DNA of 64,000 nucleotides from Burkholderiales bacterium (GTDB lineage: Bacteria; Pseudomonadota; Gammaproteobacteria; Burkholderiales; SG8-39). Positions 10,332 through 19,918 of the stretch are shown piece by piece. The DNA lies in the NCBI GenBank assembly GCA_026417035.1, contig JAOAEA010000003.1:44980-108979 (forward strand). Reading direction: 5' to 3'. Every line of letters starts with the position of its first letter. Within the stretch, counting starts at the first letter, position 1. The notes beneath the pieces were generated by a model. The model ran no database searches and was not told where the DNA came from. It saw only the letters and a program-made list of their open reading frames with translations. The translations under genes were made by a program, and so were the position numbers.

Positions 10332-10799
10332 TCAGTGCTTCATCGCGCCGGGCGCGCCGGCGCCCATGTCCCGCACTTCGGCCTTGACCTCCACTTCCGC
10401 GGGCTTGCCGTCCTTGCCCTGGAATTTGAGCTTGACGGGGACGGTGTCGCCCTTCTTGAGCGGCGCCTTGAGGTCGATGAGCATCACGTGGTAGCCCCCG
10501 GGCTTGAGCTCGACGGTCTGGCCGGCGGGCAGGTCGAGCTTCGGGATGGCGCGCATCTTCATCACGTTGCCCTCCATCGCCATCTCGTGGATCTCGACGA
10601 TGTTCGCCGCTGGGCTCTCGGCGGCCACCAGGGCGGCGCCGCCCGGGCTCTTGAGCTGCATGAACACGCCCCCCGCCTTCTGGCCGGGCGCGGTCGCGCG
10701 GGTCCACGGGTCCTTCACTTCGACGGTCTGGGCGCCGGCGGCGCCGGCGACGACGAGCGCGGCGCAGGCGAGCGCGGCGCGGATGAGTTTCGCAGTCAT
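10332..10799 (-). CDS. periplasmic copper chaperone PCu(A)C (DUF461)
   Basis: Start reassigned to the ATG at 10799 (MTAKLIRAALACAALVVAGAAGA, signal peptide). It has H(M)X10MX21HXM-type residues (EIHEMAMEGNVMKM...GGYHVMLIDL). Confidence 0.85.
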   Translation of the reverse strand: MTAKLIRAALACAALVVAGAAGAQTVEVKDPWTRATAPGQKAGGVFMQLKSPGGAALVAAESPAANIVEIHEMAMEGNVMKMRAIPKLDLPAGQTVELKPGGYHVMLIDLKAPLKKGDTVPVKLKFQGKDGKPAEVEVKAEVRDMGAGAPGAMKH

Positions 10800-10903
10800 T
10801 TCTCTTCCCTCACGGAACGGTTGTTGCCGCAGCGCCGCGACGGGCTCGAGCGCGCTGCAGCGGGAGTGCTTCCGGAACGCGCGCGGCGTTCCCTTCCTCG
10901 CGA

Positions 10904-11257
10904 TCAGCGGGTCGGCGGCCCGCGAGCGAGCCGGACGAGCGACGGGGGCCCGGCGTGGTCCTGGGTTTCGAGGGGGGGCGGGCGAACGTCCGCCAGCGCG
11001 AGCGGCAGTGGCGCGCGCGCCGCACCGAGCGCGAGCGCCGCGCCGGGATGGATGCAAAGAGGACAGTGGTCGTCTGCGGAAGTCCGGCCCGGGATAAGCG
11101 GGGCGTCCGCCGGCGCGGCGCGCGGCCCCTGGGCAGTGCAGATCTCGCCCGCGGGGACCGTCCCACGGGCGTGCGCGAGGGGCAGCGCCAGCAACTGAGC
11201 GAGCGCAGCGAAGAACGCGAGCGCGAGGCCCGCGCGGCGGTGCGTGCGGTGCTTCAT
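10904..11257 (-). CDS. DUF2946 family protein (copper-uptake associated)
   Basis: 117 aa with an N-terminal signal/TM region, a conserved HCPLC motif, and a position adjacent to PCuAC. Confidence 0.65.
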   Translation of the reverse strand: MKHRTHRRAGLALAFFAALAQLLALPLAHARGTVPAGEICTAQGPRAAPADAPLIPGRTSADDHCPLCIHPGAALALGAARAPLPLALADVRPPPLETQDHAGPPSLVRLARGPPTR

Positions 11258-11307
11258 CCGCGCCGCAGTGTAGCCCGCCGGGCCGGAGCGCGCTCGCGCA
11301 ATCCGGC

Positions 11308-12648
11308 TCAGAGGACGTAGCGCGCGAGGTCCTCGCTCGCGGCGAGGTCCTTGAGGCGCGCGTCGACGTAGCCGGCGTCGACGACGACCGACTGCCCCGT
11401 GCGCGCCCCGGCCTGGAACGAGACTTCTTCGAGGAGCCGCTCCATCACCGTGTAGAGGCGCCGGGCGCCGATGTTCTCGGTCTTCTCGTTCACCTGGAAC
11501 GCGATCTCGGCGATGCGGCGGATGCCCTCGGGGCGGAAATCGATCGTCATGCCCTCGGTGGCGAGCAGCGCCTCGTATTGGCGCACCAGCGCCGCGTCGG
11601 TGCTGGTGAGGATCTTGACGAAGTCCTCCACCGACAGCGAGCCGAGCTCGACCCGGATCGGGAACCGGCCCTGCAGCTCCGGGATCAGGTCGGAGGGCTT
11701 GGCGAGGTGGAACGCGCCGCTCGCGATGAAGAGGATGTGGTCGGTGCGCACCATGCCGTACTTCGTGGACACGGTGGTGCCCTCGACGAGCGGCAGGAGG
11801 TCGCGCTGCACCCCCTGGCGCGAGACGTCGGCGCCGTGCATCTCCGAGCGGCTGGCGATCTTGTCGATCTCGTCGAGGAAGACGATGCCGTTCTGCTCGA
11901 CGTTCGCGAGCGCGCGGGCGCGCAGGTCCTCCTCGTTCACGAGCTTCGCCGCCTCCTCGTCGGTGAGGAGCTTCATCGCTTCCCGGATCTTCAGCTTGCG
12001 CAGCCGCTTGCGGCCGCCGCCGAGGTTCTGGAACATCCCCTGGATCTGCTGGGTGAGCTCCTCCATCCCCGGGGGAGCGAGGATTTCCATTTGCGCGGCG
12101 AGCTGTGCGAGCTCGATCTCGATCTCCTTGTCGTCGAGCTCGCCCTCGCGGAGCTTCTTGCGGAACTTCTGCCGCGTCGCGGAGTCCTCGGTGCCCGCCT
12201 CCTTCTGCTGCGCGAAGAACCCGACCTCGCGCGCCGGCGGCAGCAGCGCGTCGAGGATGCGGTCCTCGGCGGCGTCCTGCGCCGCGGTGCGCACCCGGCG
12301 CATCGCGGCCTCGCGCGCCTGCTTCACCGCCGTCTCCGTGAGGTCGCGCACGATGGTGTCCACGTCGCGGCCGACGTAGCCGACCTCGGTGAACTTCGTC
12401 GCCTCGACCTTGATGAAGGGCGCGTCGGCGAGCCGCGCGAGCCGCCGCGCGATCTCGGTCTTGCCGACGCCGGTGGGGCCGATCATGAGGATGTTCTTCG
12501 GCACGATCTCGTGCCGGAGCGGCTCGGGCACCTGCTGCCGGCGCCAGCGGTTGCGCAGCGCGATCGCCACGGCGCGCTTCGCCTTGTCCTGCCCGACGAC
12601 GTGCTTGTCGAGCTCGTGGACGATTTCCTGCGGGGTCATCGAAGACAT
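11308..12648 (-). CDS. hslU: ATP-dependent protease ATPase subunit HslU
   Basis: Start reassigned to the ATG at 12648 ([37 protein letters not shown]). It has Walker A ([15 protein letters not shown]) and a full-length HslU match. Confidence 0.95.
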   Translation of the reverse strand: MSSMTPQEIVHELDKHVVGQDKAKRAVAIALRNRWRRQQVPEPLRHEIVPKNILMIGPTGVGKTEIARRLARLADAPFIKVEATKFTEVGYVGRDVDTIVRDLTETAVKQAREAAMRRVRTAAQDAAEDRILDALLPPAREVGFFAQQKEAGTEDSATRQKFRKKLREGELDDKEIEIELAQLAAQMEILAPPGMEELTQQIQGMFQNLGGGRKRLRKLKIREAMKLLTDEEAAKLVNEEDLRARALANVEQNGIVFLDEIDKIASRSEMHGADVSRQGVQRDLLPLVEGTTVSTKYGMVRTDHILFIASGAFHLAKPSDLIPELQGRFPIRVELGSLSVEDFVKILTSTDAALVRQYEALLATEGMTIDFRPEGIRRIAEIAFQVNEKTENIGARRLYTVMERLLEEVSFQAGARTGQSVVVDAGYVDARLKDLAASEDLARYVL

Positions 12649-12756
12649 CGGGAGCGTCTCTTCAGTAGCGGGCGCGGGGCGCGGGCGACAACCCCCAGCG
12701 GCGCTGCGCCGCCGCCGGCGCCGGTTCACGCCGGAGCGGCGCGCGCGGGTGGGCGT

Positions 12757-13293
12757 TCAACCCAGCACCTCGATCGTGTGGCTCTGGTTGGTGTAGATGC
12801 AGATGTCGCCGGCGATCGCCAGCGCGCGCGCGACGATCTCGGCCGCGCCGAGCTCCGTGTTCTCGAGCAGGGCGCGCGCCGCCGCCTGCGCGTAGGGGCC
12901 GCCGGACCCGATCGCGATCAGGCCCTGCTCGGGCTCGAGCACGTCGCCGTTGCCGGTGATGACGAGCGACGCGTCGCGGTCGGCGACCGCCAGCATCGCC
13001 TCGAGGCGGCGCAGCATCCTGTCGGTGCGCCAATCCTTCGCCAGCTCGACGGCGGAGCGCAGCAGGTTCCCCTGGTGCTTCTCCAGCTTCGCCTCGAAGC
13101 GCTCGAACAGCGTGAAGGCGTCGGCGGTGCCGCCGGCGAAGCCGGCGAGGATGCGGTCCTGGAAGAGCCGCCGCACCTTGCGCGCGCCCTGCTTGATCAC
13201 GACGTTGCCCAGCGTGACCTGGCCGTCGCCGCCGAGGGCGACCTGGCTGCCCCGGCGCACGGAGACGATGGTGGTGCCGTGGAACTGGTCCAT
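12757..13293 (-). CDS. hslV: ATP-dependent protease subunit HslV
   Basis: Start reassigned to the ATG at 13293 ([15 protein letters not shown]), which exposes the catalytic Thr after processing. Full HslV match. Confidence 0.95.
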   Translation of the reverse strand: MDQFHGTTIVSVRRGSQVALGGDGQVTLGNVVIKQGARKVRRLFQDRILAGFAGGTADAFTLFERFEAKLEKHQGNLLRSAVELAKDWRTDRMLRRLEAMLAVADRDASLVITGNGDVLEPEQGLIAIGSGGPYAQAAARALLENTELGAAEIVARALAIAGDICIYTNQSHTIEVLG

Positions 13294-13351
13294 GGGGAGT
13301 TCCGGGAGAGTTGCGAACGTGCGGGCGCGGCCCGCGGGATTCAAGCGGCCG

Positions 13352-14830
13352 CTACTTGCGCGGGACCAGGCGGGCGAACTCGCGGATGCCCATCATCGCG
13401 AAGAGCGCGACGATCATCTCGTTCGCGCCCCGGATCTCGATCGGCTTGCCCGCCTGCTTGATGCGGGCGAGCACGTTGAGGAGCTGCCCCGCGTTCACGA
13501 AGTCCACGCGGCGGGCGCGCAACATGTCGATCACGACCGGGTTCGCCGCGGCCGCGTAGCCTTCGAGCTCGGCGAGCAGCTTCTCGCTCGGTCCCGCCAC
13601 CTCGCCGTCGATGACGAACGCCTCCTCCGGCGCCGGCGCGGACTCGCTGGCCGCTCCCGCTGCCACCGCCTTCGCGGGCGCGCGGTTCTCCCAGGCGGGC
13701 GGCGACACTTCGTAGGTGATGGCGTATTCGAGCGCGGCGTCCTCGTACGCCTGCTGGTTTCCGGTCTGCTGGTAGGCCTCGAGGAGCACGAGCCACAGGG
13801 CGGGATCGACGCTGCGGTCCCCCGATTTCGCGATGCCCTGGACGAGCTTGACGAGCGTCGCGTCGCCGGCGAACGACACTTCCTTGCCCGCCTTGCGGAT
13901 CGCCGCCAGCGTCTCGAGCAGCAGCTTCGCGCCGCCGGCGTCGATCCCGGCGAGCCGCCCGAAGTCGAGCCGCAGGCGCGGCTGCTTCTCGGCAAGGCGC
14001 TTCACCTGCTCGAAATGCGGCGCGCTCGCCGCAGTGAGCGCGCCCGAGAGCGACACCTGCCCGCCGCTCGCCCGAACCGGCGAGGCCGCGGGCGCCGGCG
14101 GTGGCGCGTCGGCCCACACCGGCGGCGAGCGCTCGAACCTGACGACGAAATCGAGCGCCTTCTCCTCGAATTCGCTCCTCATGCCGAGATGCTGATAGAG
14201 GTCGAAGAGCATCAGCCAAGCCTGCAGCCGCCAGGCGCCGAGCTCGTCGGCGGCGATCGCGTCGGCGATCCGCGCGAGCGCCTCCTTGACTTGGCCGTTC
14301 GCGAAGAGGATCGCGGTCTCCTCGATCGCGGTCGGCACGTCCTTGGCGCCGGTCTCGACCTCGATGCACAGGATCGAATCGACCGGGCGGCCCTTGCGCG
14401 GCTCGGGCGCCTTCGGCGCGGGCTTCGGCTCGGCCCCCGGCGCGAAGCTCGCCACCGGGCTCGCGACGGAAGCCGTATCCACCTTCTTCGCCGCCGGCGC
14501 CTGCTGGGCGAGCGACGGCGGCAGCGACAGCGGCGGCAACGAAGCGGGCGGCAAAGACGGCGCCACCGATTTCGGGGCGAGCGAAGGCGGCGCCATCGAG
14601 GGCGGCGCGACCGACGGCGGCGCCATCGATGACGGTGTGACCGAAGGCGGCGCCGCGGGCTCCGGCGTCCAGTTCGTGAAGTCGAGGTCCTCGGCGGGCT
14701 CCGGCGCGACCGAGGGGGCGGGGGGCTTCGTCGGCGCCGGCCTGGCGTCGCCGCGAGCGGAGCGGGCCTGCGGCTTGGCAGGCTTCTCGTCCTTGGGCGG
14801 CGGCTTCTTGCCGAATAGAGAAAAAGCCAC
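13352..14830 (-). CDS. STAS domain-containing protein with Pro-rich N-terminus and internally duplicated helical+STAS modules
   Basis: 492 aa. The N-terminus has a [16 protein letters not shown] repeat tract. Two helical modules are paralogous ([36 protein letters not shown] and [36 protein letters not shown]). Each is followed by a STAS-like segment. Confidence 0.8.
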   Translation of the reverse strand: MAFSLFGKKPPPKDEKPAKPQARSARGDARPAPTKPPAPSVAPEPAEDLDFTNWTPEPAAPPSVTPSSMAPPSVAPPSMAPPSLAPKSVAPSLPPASLPPLSLPPSLAQQAPAAKKVDTASVASPVASFAPGAEPKPAPKAPEPRKGRPVDSILCIEVETGAKDVPTAIEETAILFANGQVKEALARIADAIAADELGAWRLQAWLMLFDLYQHLGMRSEFEEKALDFVVRFERSPPVWADAPPPAPAASPVRASGGQVSLSGALTAASAPHFEQVKRLAEKQPRLRLDFGRLAGIDAGGAKLLLETLAAIRKAGKEVSFAGDATLVKLVQGIAKSGDRSVDPALWLVLLEAYQQTGNQQAYEDAALEYAITYEVSPPAWENRAPAKAVAAGAASESAPAPEEAFVIDGEVAGPSEKLLAELEGYAAAANPVVIDMLRARRVDFVNAGQLLNVLARIKQAGKPIEIRGANEMIVALFAMMGIREFARLVPRK

Positions 14831-14953
14831 GTTGGGATGGGCGCTTACGACGAACGCACGGCCTTCCCGGGGAAGGCCGCGACCTCGGGTTTTCTACCAC
14901 AGGACGTCCGGGGCGTCCAACGGCCGACGGCGCGTCCGCCCTGGGTCCGGGAT

Positions 14954-15676
14954 TCAGTTCGCCGCCTCGAGCCGGAACACGAGCGGCACCAGCACCCACG
15001 CCTCCACCGACTCGCTTCCGCGGCGGGCGGGGACGAACCGCCAGCGCTCCACGGCCTCCAACGCGGCGCTGTCGAGCGCCGGCGACCCGCTCGAGCGCTC
15101 GAGCTGGACCTTCCCCGGGCGCCCGTCCGGCGTCACGAGAACGCGCAGCATCACCGTGCCCTCCTCGCCGTTGCGCCGCGCGGACACGGGGTAGCGCGGC
15201 GGCGGGTTCTGCAGATACGCCGCACGGTAGCTCGGCGGCGTGAGCGCCTCGCCGGCGCCGGTGCCCCCGAGCCTCGCCTGCGGCGGGGGAGCGCTGCTCG
15301 CAGCAGCGCCCGCGGGCGCCATGGCGGGCGCCGTGCTCGCGCTCTCGGCCGGCGGCGCAGGCGCCACGATCACGGGCTTCTCTTCCTCGGCCCGTGGCGG
15401 CGCCTTCGGAGGCGGCAGTGACGCGGCCCTGGGCTTCGGGGGCACTTGGGCAGGGGGCGAAGGCGCTGGCGGCGGTGCGGGCGCCTTGGGCGCGCTGGGC
15501 GGCTCGGGCTCGGGCAGAACGACGGAAAGAACCCGCGGCGGCTCGAACGGCTCCGGGGCGCTCAGACGGGCCGCGACCAGGTGGCCGAACGCGAGCGCCG
15601 CCGCGTGCAGGGCGAGGCTCGCCGCGACCGCGACCGCCAGCGCCCTCGATTCGTCGCGCGCTCCGCCCTGCCTCAT
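14954..15676 (-). CDS. tonB: energy transducer TonB
   Basis: Start reassigned to the ATG at 15676 (MRQGGARDESRALAVAVAASLALHAAALAF, TM anchor). It has a Pro-rich spacer and a TonB C-terminal domain (YPVSARRNGEEGTVMLRVLV...G). It begins 11 nt after the receptor gene. Confidence 0.88.
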   Translation of the reverse strand: MRQGGARDESRALAVAVAASLALHAAALAFGHLVAARLSAPEPFEPPRVLSVVLPEPEPPSAPKAPAPPPAPSPPAQVPPKPRAASLPPPKAPPRAEEEKPVIVAPAPPAESASTAPAMAPAGAAASSAPPPQARLGGTGAGEALTPPSYRAAYLQNPPPRYPVSARRNGEEGTVMLRVLVTPDGRPGKVQLERSSGSPALDSAALEAVERWRFVPARRGSESVEAWVLVPLVFRLEAAN

Positions 15677-15687
15677 CGTGGCCGTCG

Positions 15688-17802
15688 TCAGAACGCCCCC
15701 CGCACGCCAACGATAACCGCCCGCGCGCCCGCCGGGGCGATCTCTTTCAGGAACGAGGTGGTGTAGCGGATGCTCTCGTTGAGGAGGTTCGTCCCGCGCA
15801 CGAAGGCTTCCCAGCCAGCGCCGAGGGCGCGCAGCTTGTAGCCGACCGCGGCGTTGACGAGGGTGTAGCCATCGGTCGGCTGCTCGCCCGGCGCGACGTC
15901 GTGCTGGTCCGCCGCCCAGAGCACGTCGGCGCGGGCGTAGAGGTCGCCCGCGGTGTAGACGACCGCGCCGCCGACCCTGAGCGGCGGGATGCGCGGAAGG
16001 AAGCTGCCGTTCGAGCGGTCCGTCGCGCGCACGTAGTCGGCCCGCAGCTCGAGATCGACGGCGCGCCCGCGCTGCGACCAGAGCGCGGCGCGTGCGCTCG
16101 CCTCGAGGCCTTGGAACGTGGCGGGGACCGGGACGAAGGCATATTGCGGAATCGGGCTCGCGAGCGTCGCGGGATCGGTCGTCGCCGGCACGCTCCGGTC
16201 GTCGAGGTCCCGGTAGAGCGGCTGCCCGGTCGCGGGATCGACCGAGGGCGTGAGGGCGATGAAGTCGGTGAAGCGGTTGTAGAACCAGCCGAGGTAGCCG
16301 GTGAATCGGCCGGCGGTCTTGCGCAGCCCGACGTCGAAGGCGAGCGACTTCTCCACGTCGAGCGACCGGTCGCCGATCTCGAACGCGTTGGTCGCGAGAT
16401 GCGGGCCGTTGGCGTAGAGCTCCTGGCCGGTCGGCGCGCGCTCGGTATACGAGACGTTGCCCGAGAGCGCGTATTCCTTCGCCAGCGTCCAGACGGCGCC
16501 GAGCGCGGCGCTCCAGGGCGTGAAGCGGCGCGAGTCCGCCGGGAGCCCGGCCTGCGCGAACGCCTGCGCGTCCACGCTCACGGTCGCGAGCCGCGCCCCC
16601 GCCGAGAGCTTGACCGGCCCGAGGGCGGTCTCCTCGTAGACGAAGCCCGCGAGCTGCGTCGTCTTCGTCGATGGCAGGAACGCCTCGTCGCCGAGGGCGG
16701 AGAGGTCGGCGTCCGTGAACTGCACGCCGAGCGCACCCGTGAACCCGCCGAGCGGCTCGTGCAGGAGCTCGGCGCGGCCGTCCCAGCCGCGGCTCTTGAA
16801 CGTCGTGCCGACGACGCCGTTCTCGGTCTCCTGGTGCTGATAGTCCGTGTAGCCGACCTTCCACTTGAGCGCGCGCACCATGCCGCCCGGATCGCGCAGC
16901 TCGCCCGCGAAGTCGAAGCGGTTCATGTCGAGCCGGATGCGGACGTTCTCGTCGGCGGGCGTGCCGTAGCGGCTCGAGTAGTTCGAATACGCCGCTCCTA
17001 CGTAGCCGTTGGCGAGGATCGCCGAGCCGGCGACGGCCCCGCCATCCCAGTTGCCGTTGCTGTTGGGCAGGCGCCCCGAGGGTCCGGGGGCACCGAGCAC
17101 CGACTGCGCATAGGGCGTCCAGGCCTCCCCGGGGATCCTCAGGTCGTCCGATTTGCGTGCGAACCCGTCGGCGTGCAGCACGAAGCGGTCGTTGCCGACG
17201 TCGACGCGCGCGGCACCAGCGCGCTCGTTCGCCACGGAGTCGTAGCGGAGGTCGGCCGCGCCGGTCGCCGGCCTCGGAAGACCCTCCTGGGCGATGCGTC
17301 CATCGGTGACGTTCACGACGCCGCCGACGGCGTTCCCGCCGTACATCACCGCGGCGGGGCCGCGCACGATCTCGACTCGGTCCATGAGGAGGGGCTCGAG
17401 CGCGACGGCGTGGTCCGGGCTGATCGAGGAGGCGTCGAGGACGCTCGCGCCGTTCTGCAACACCACGATCCGGTCCTCGCCCAGGCCGCGGATGATGGGC
17501 CGGCTCGCGTTCGGCCCGAAATAGGTCGAGGTGACGCCCACTTCCTCATTGAGCGTTTCGCCGAGCGTCGGCTGGATCCTGCGCCGCAGGGCCGGTCCCG
17601 ACAGCACGGTCGCCGGATTCGCGAGCTCGAAGAGGTTGGAGCCGATCGGATTCGCAGTCACGACGACGGGCGCGAGCGGCTCCGGGCCCGCGCTCGCCGC
17701 GGGCGGCTGCTGCTGCGAACCCGCGCCAGCGCCTTGCGCGTGGGCGACGGAAGCGCACGCCGAGGCGACGGCGAGCGCAAGCGGGTAAACACGAAGCTCC
17801 AT
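15688..17802 (-). CDS. TonB-dependent receptor, copper-receptor (OprC/NosA)-like
   Basis: Start reassigned to the ATG at 17802 (MELRVYPLALAVASACASVAHA, signal peptide). It has a plug domain (VVVTANP...IVRGPAAVMYGGNAVGGVVNV) and a C-terminal aromatic residue (GVRGAF). The copper assignment rests on the DUF2946/PCuAC context. Confidence 0.88.
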   Translation of the reverse strand: MELRVYPLALAVASACASVAHAQGAGAGSQQQPPAASAGPEPLAPVVVTANPIGSNLFELANPATVLSGPALRRRIQPTLGETLNEEVGVTSTYFGPNASRPIIRGLGEDRIVVLQNGASVLDASSISPDHAVALEPLLMDRVEIVRGPAAVMYGGNAVGGVVNVTDGRIAQEGLPRPATGAADLRYDSVANERAGAARVDVGNDRFVLHADGFARKSDDLRIPGEAWTPYAQSVLGAPGPSGRLPNSNGNWDGGAVAGSAILANGYVGAAYSNYSSRYGTPADENVRIRLDMNRFDFAGELRDPGGMVRALKWKVGYTDYQHQETENGVVGTTFKSRGWDGRAELLHEPLGGFTGALGVQFTDADLSALGDEAFLPSTKTTQLAGFVYEETALGPVKLSAGARLATVSVDAQAFAQAGLPADSRRFTPWSAALGAVWTLAKEYALSGNVSYTERAPTGQELYANGPHLATNAFEIGDRSLDVEKSLAFDVGLRKTAGRFTGYLGWFYNRFTDFIALTPSVDPATGQPLYRDLDDRSVPATTDPATLASPIPQYAFVPVPATFQGLEASARAALWSQRGRAVDLELRADYVRATDRSNGSFLPRIPPLRVGGAVVYTAGDLYARADVLWAADQHDVAPGEQPTDGYTLVNAAVGYKLRALGAGWEAFVRGTNLLNESIRYTTSFLKEIAPAGARAVIVGVRGAF

Positions 17803-17894
17803 CGATGATCTCCTGAGCGAACCCGCGGCGCGCCTGCGGCGCGGCGGGCGGAAGAAGCTGAAGTCGCGCCGGGGGTGCGGCGCGTCCGGGAGGC

Positions 17895-18203
17895 TCAGGA
17901 GAGCGGCGGCGGTGCGCGACCCGAGTAAGGCGGGGGCTCGCTCGCGGCGACGAGGGTGCCGCCGTGCGCGGAGAAGCAAGGTGCAGCAGGCGCGGGTGCA
18001 CATCGCGCGCCGGCGGCCGGGGCATCCGCAGTGTCGGCGCCGGCGAACGCGTGGCAGACATCGCAATGCGATGACTGCGGCGCGTGGCCCTTCGCCGGGT
18101 CGCCCGCCTGATCGCCGAAGTGCGAGAGCGCGTGCGCGAACGCGCCCGCCTGCGCGAGGACGAGCGCGACCGCGAAAAGGATGTTGGAGACGACGCGCCG
18201 CAC
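17895..18203 (-). CDS. DUF2946 family protein, second paralog, leader gene of the receptor operon
   Basis: 102 aa with an N-terminal TM/signal region and an HCDVCH motif. It lies directly upstream of the TonB-dependent receptor. Confidence 0.65.
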   Translation of the reverse strand: MRRVVSNILFAVALVLAQAGAFAHALSHFGDQAGDPAKGHAPQSSHCDVCHAFAGADTADAPAAGARCAPAPAAPCFSAHGGTLVAASEPPPYSGRAPPPLS

Positions 18204-18585
18204 CGTGACGGGATGCCTGATGGGCGGGATCCGGGGACGACGCCGGCCCGCGCGCAGAGTCTAGCAAAGCGCCGCGAACGTGCCCGGGAGGCTGCGTGCG
18301 CCACTCGATGCCGAATCGGGAACCTGGACGGCTTCTCGTTGGCCATCCCGTGCTCGCGGCCGCGTGGGTCCGCGCGCGCCGCACGTGGACACGGGGGCAC
18401 GGCGCCGCGCGGCTCGAGGCGGCTCAGTGAGCGTTCGCGTCGGTGCAAAATTTTTATGGGCCGATTGGGACTGTCTATTCTTTCCCCACCGCCAACCAAT
18501 CTCGCCGCACGATCGGCGATTCCGATCGGCCGAGCGCGCGCGGCGGCCGCGCTCGCTGCGGCGCCGCATTGCCATGAACATGCTT

Positions 18586-18607
18586 TTGACTTACGGTTGA
18601 CCTACGG
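18586..18607 (+). promoter_or_regulatory. tandem 11-bp direct repeat (TTGACTTACGG TTGACCTACGG) upstream of sorA, candidate response-regulator box
   Basis: The repeat is contiguous with one helical turn of periodicity, 55-76 nt upstream of the sorA ATG. TACATA (18626-18631) is a possible -10. Confidence 0.4.
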
Positions 18608-18661
18608 CCCAAGCGGCGGCCGACATACATACAAGCGTCGCTCACTACCGGAGGAGAGCAC

Positions 18662-19918
18662 ATGCCAGAAGATCGCAAGCCCGGCTTCGAAGGCACGCGA
18701 CGTCGATTCCTCGAGCGGATCGGCGCGGGCAGCGCCCTCGCGCTCGCCGGCGCCGCGGGTCTGCCACGCGAGGCGCTCGCGCAAGCGCCCGCGCCGCAGC
18801 CCGAGCCGCAGGTGCCCGGCACGATCGCGAACGCCAGCGTGCTCGCCGGGAAGGACATGAGCGTCTTCCAGGTCCATTCCGAGCGGCCGCTCACCGGCAG
18901 CGTTCCGGCCGATGCGCAGGATTTCGACGTCACCCCGAGCGACCGGATGTTCGTGCGCAACAACCTGCTCACGCCCGACATCGATGCCGCGACGGCGAGG
19001 CTGCGCGTGGTGGGGCTCGTGGACAAGCCGCTCGACTTCGGCGTCGAGGAGCTCAAGAAGGCCTTCCCGGCCGTCACGATGCAGGGGATGGTCGAATGCG
19101 CGGGCGCGGGCCGCACCGCATTCCAGCCGGTGCCCCGCGGCACGCCGTGGTCGCCGACCGGCGGGATGGGCTGCCCGAAGTGGACCGGCGTGCGGCTGCG
19201 CGACGTGCTGAACGCGGCCGGGCTCAAGGCGAACGCGGCGCACGTCGCGGGACAAGGCGGCGACCCGGGCGCGGTCCCGACCGCCGCGCCGGTGATCCGC
19301 TCCATCCCGCTCGCGAAGGCGATGGACGAGCACACGCTGATCGCCTGGGCCATGAACGACGCGCCGCTGCCCAAGATCCACGGGTATCCGCTGCGCCTCG
19401 TGGTGCCCGGCTGGGTCGGCTCCGCGTCCACGAAGTGGTTGCACACGCTCACCCTGCTCGACGCGCCCTTCAAGGGCACGTTCATGGACGATAGCTACCG
19501 CGTGCCCAAGTTCCCGGTCGCGCCGGGCGAGAAGATGCCGGCGGACACGCTCTACACCGAGGCATGGCCGATCAAGTCCATGATCACCTCGCCCGCGCCG
19601 AACGCGCGGCTGCCGGGCAATCGCCGCATCGTCGTGCGCGGCAAGGCCTGGGTGGGCGAGGGCCGCGTCGCGCGCGTGGAGATCTCCACCGACGAGGGGG
19701 TCACCTGGCAGCGGGCGAGCCTGGGGCGGCAGGGTGACAAGTACGCCTGGCGCACGTTCACCTTCGAGTACGAGCCCCAGCGGCTCGGCTACATGACCTT
19801 CCTCGCGCGCGCCTGGGACGACCGGGACAACGCGCAGCCGATCGTGTCGGCGTGGAACCCGCTCGGTTATTTCTGGAACGGGGTGCACCGTGTCGGCATC
19901 GTCGTCGTTCCGGCGTAG
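18662..19918 (+). CDS. sorA: sulfite dehydrogenase/oxidase-family molybdopterin subunit (SorA-like), Tat-exported
   Basis: 418 aa. It has a twin-arginine signal (TRRRFLERIGAGSALALAG), a Moco-binding core with the conserved Cys (MVECAGAGRT) and a dimerisation domain. A strong SD (ggaggag) precedes the start. Confidence 0.88.
   Translation: MPEDRKPGFEGTRRRFLERIGAGSALALAGAAGLPREALAQAPAPQPEPQVPGTIANASVLAGKDMSVFQVHSERPLTGSVPADAQDFDVTPSDRMFVRNNLLTPDIDAATARLRVVGLVDKPLDFGVEELKKAFPAVTMQGMVECAGAGRTAFQPVPRGTPWSPTGGMGCPKWTGVRLRDVLNAAGLKANAAHVAGQGGDPGAVPTAAPVIRSIPLAKAMDEHTLIAWAMNDAPLPKIHGYPLRLVVPGWVGSASTKWLHTLTLLDAPFKGTFMDDSYRVPKFPVAPGEKMPADTLYTEAWPIKSMITSPAPNARLPGNRRIVVRGKAWVGEGRVARVEISTDEGVTWQRASLGRQGDKYAWRTFTFEYEPQRLGYMTFLARAWDDRDNAQPIVSAWNPLGYFWNGVHRVGIVVVPA

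Noticed and set aside
13341-15710. Very long ORFs rich in Arg/Ala/Gly/Pro on the opposite strand or in alternative frames of real genes. Examples are 13341-15710(-), 36859-39723(-), 40383-43946(+), 53777-56575(-), 1859-2911(+) and 48920-51007(+).
   Set aside because: They are low-complexity RAGP-rich translations with no recognisable domains. Each overlaps a gene with a clear family signature in another frame. High G+C depletes stop codons and produces such shadow ORFs. I kept only the parts with real protein signatures.
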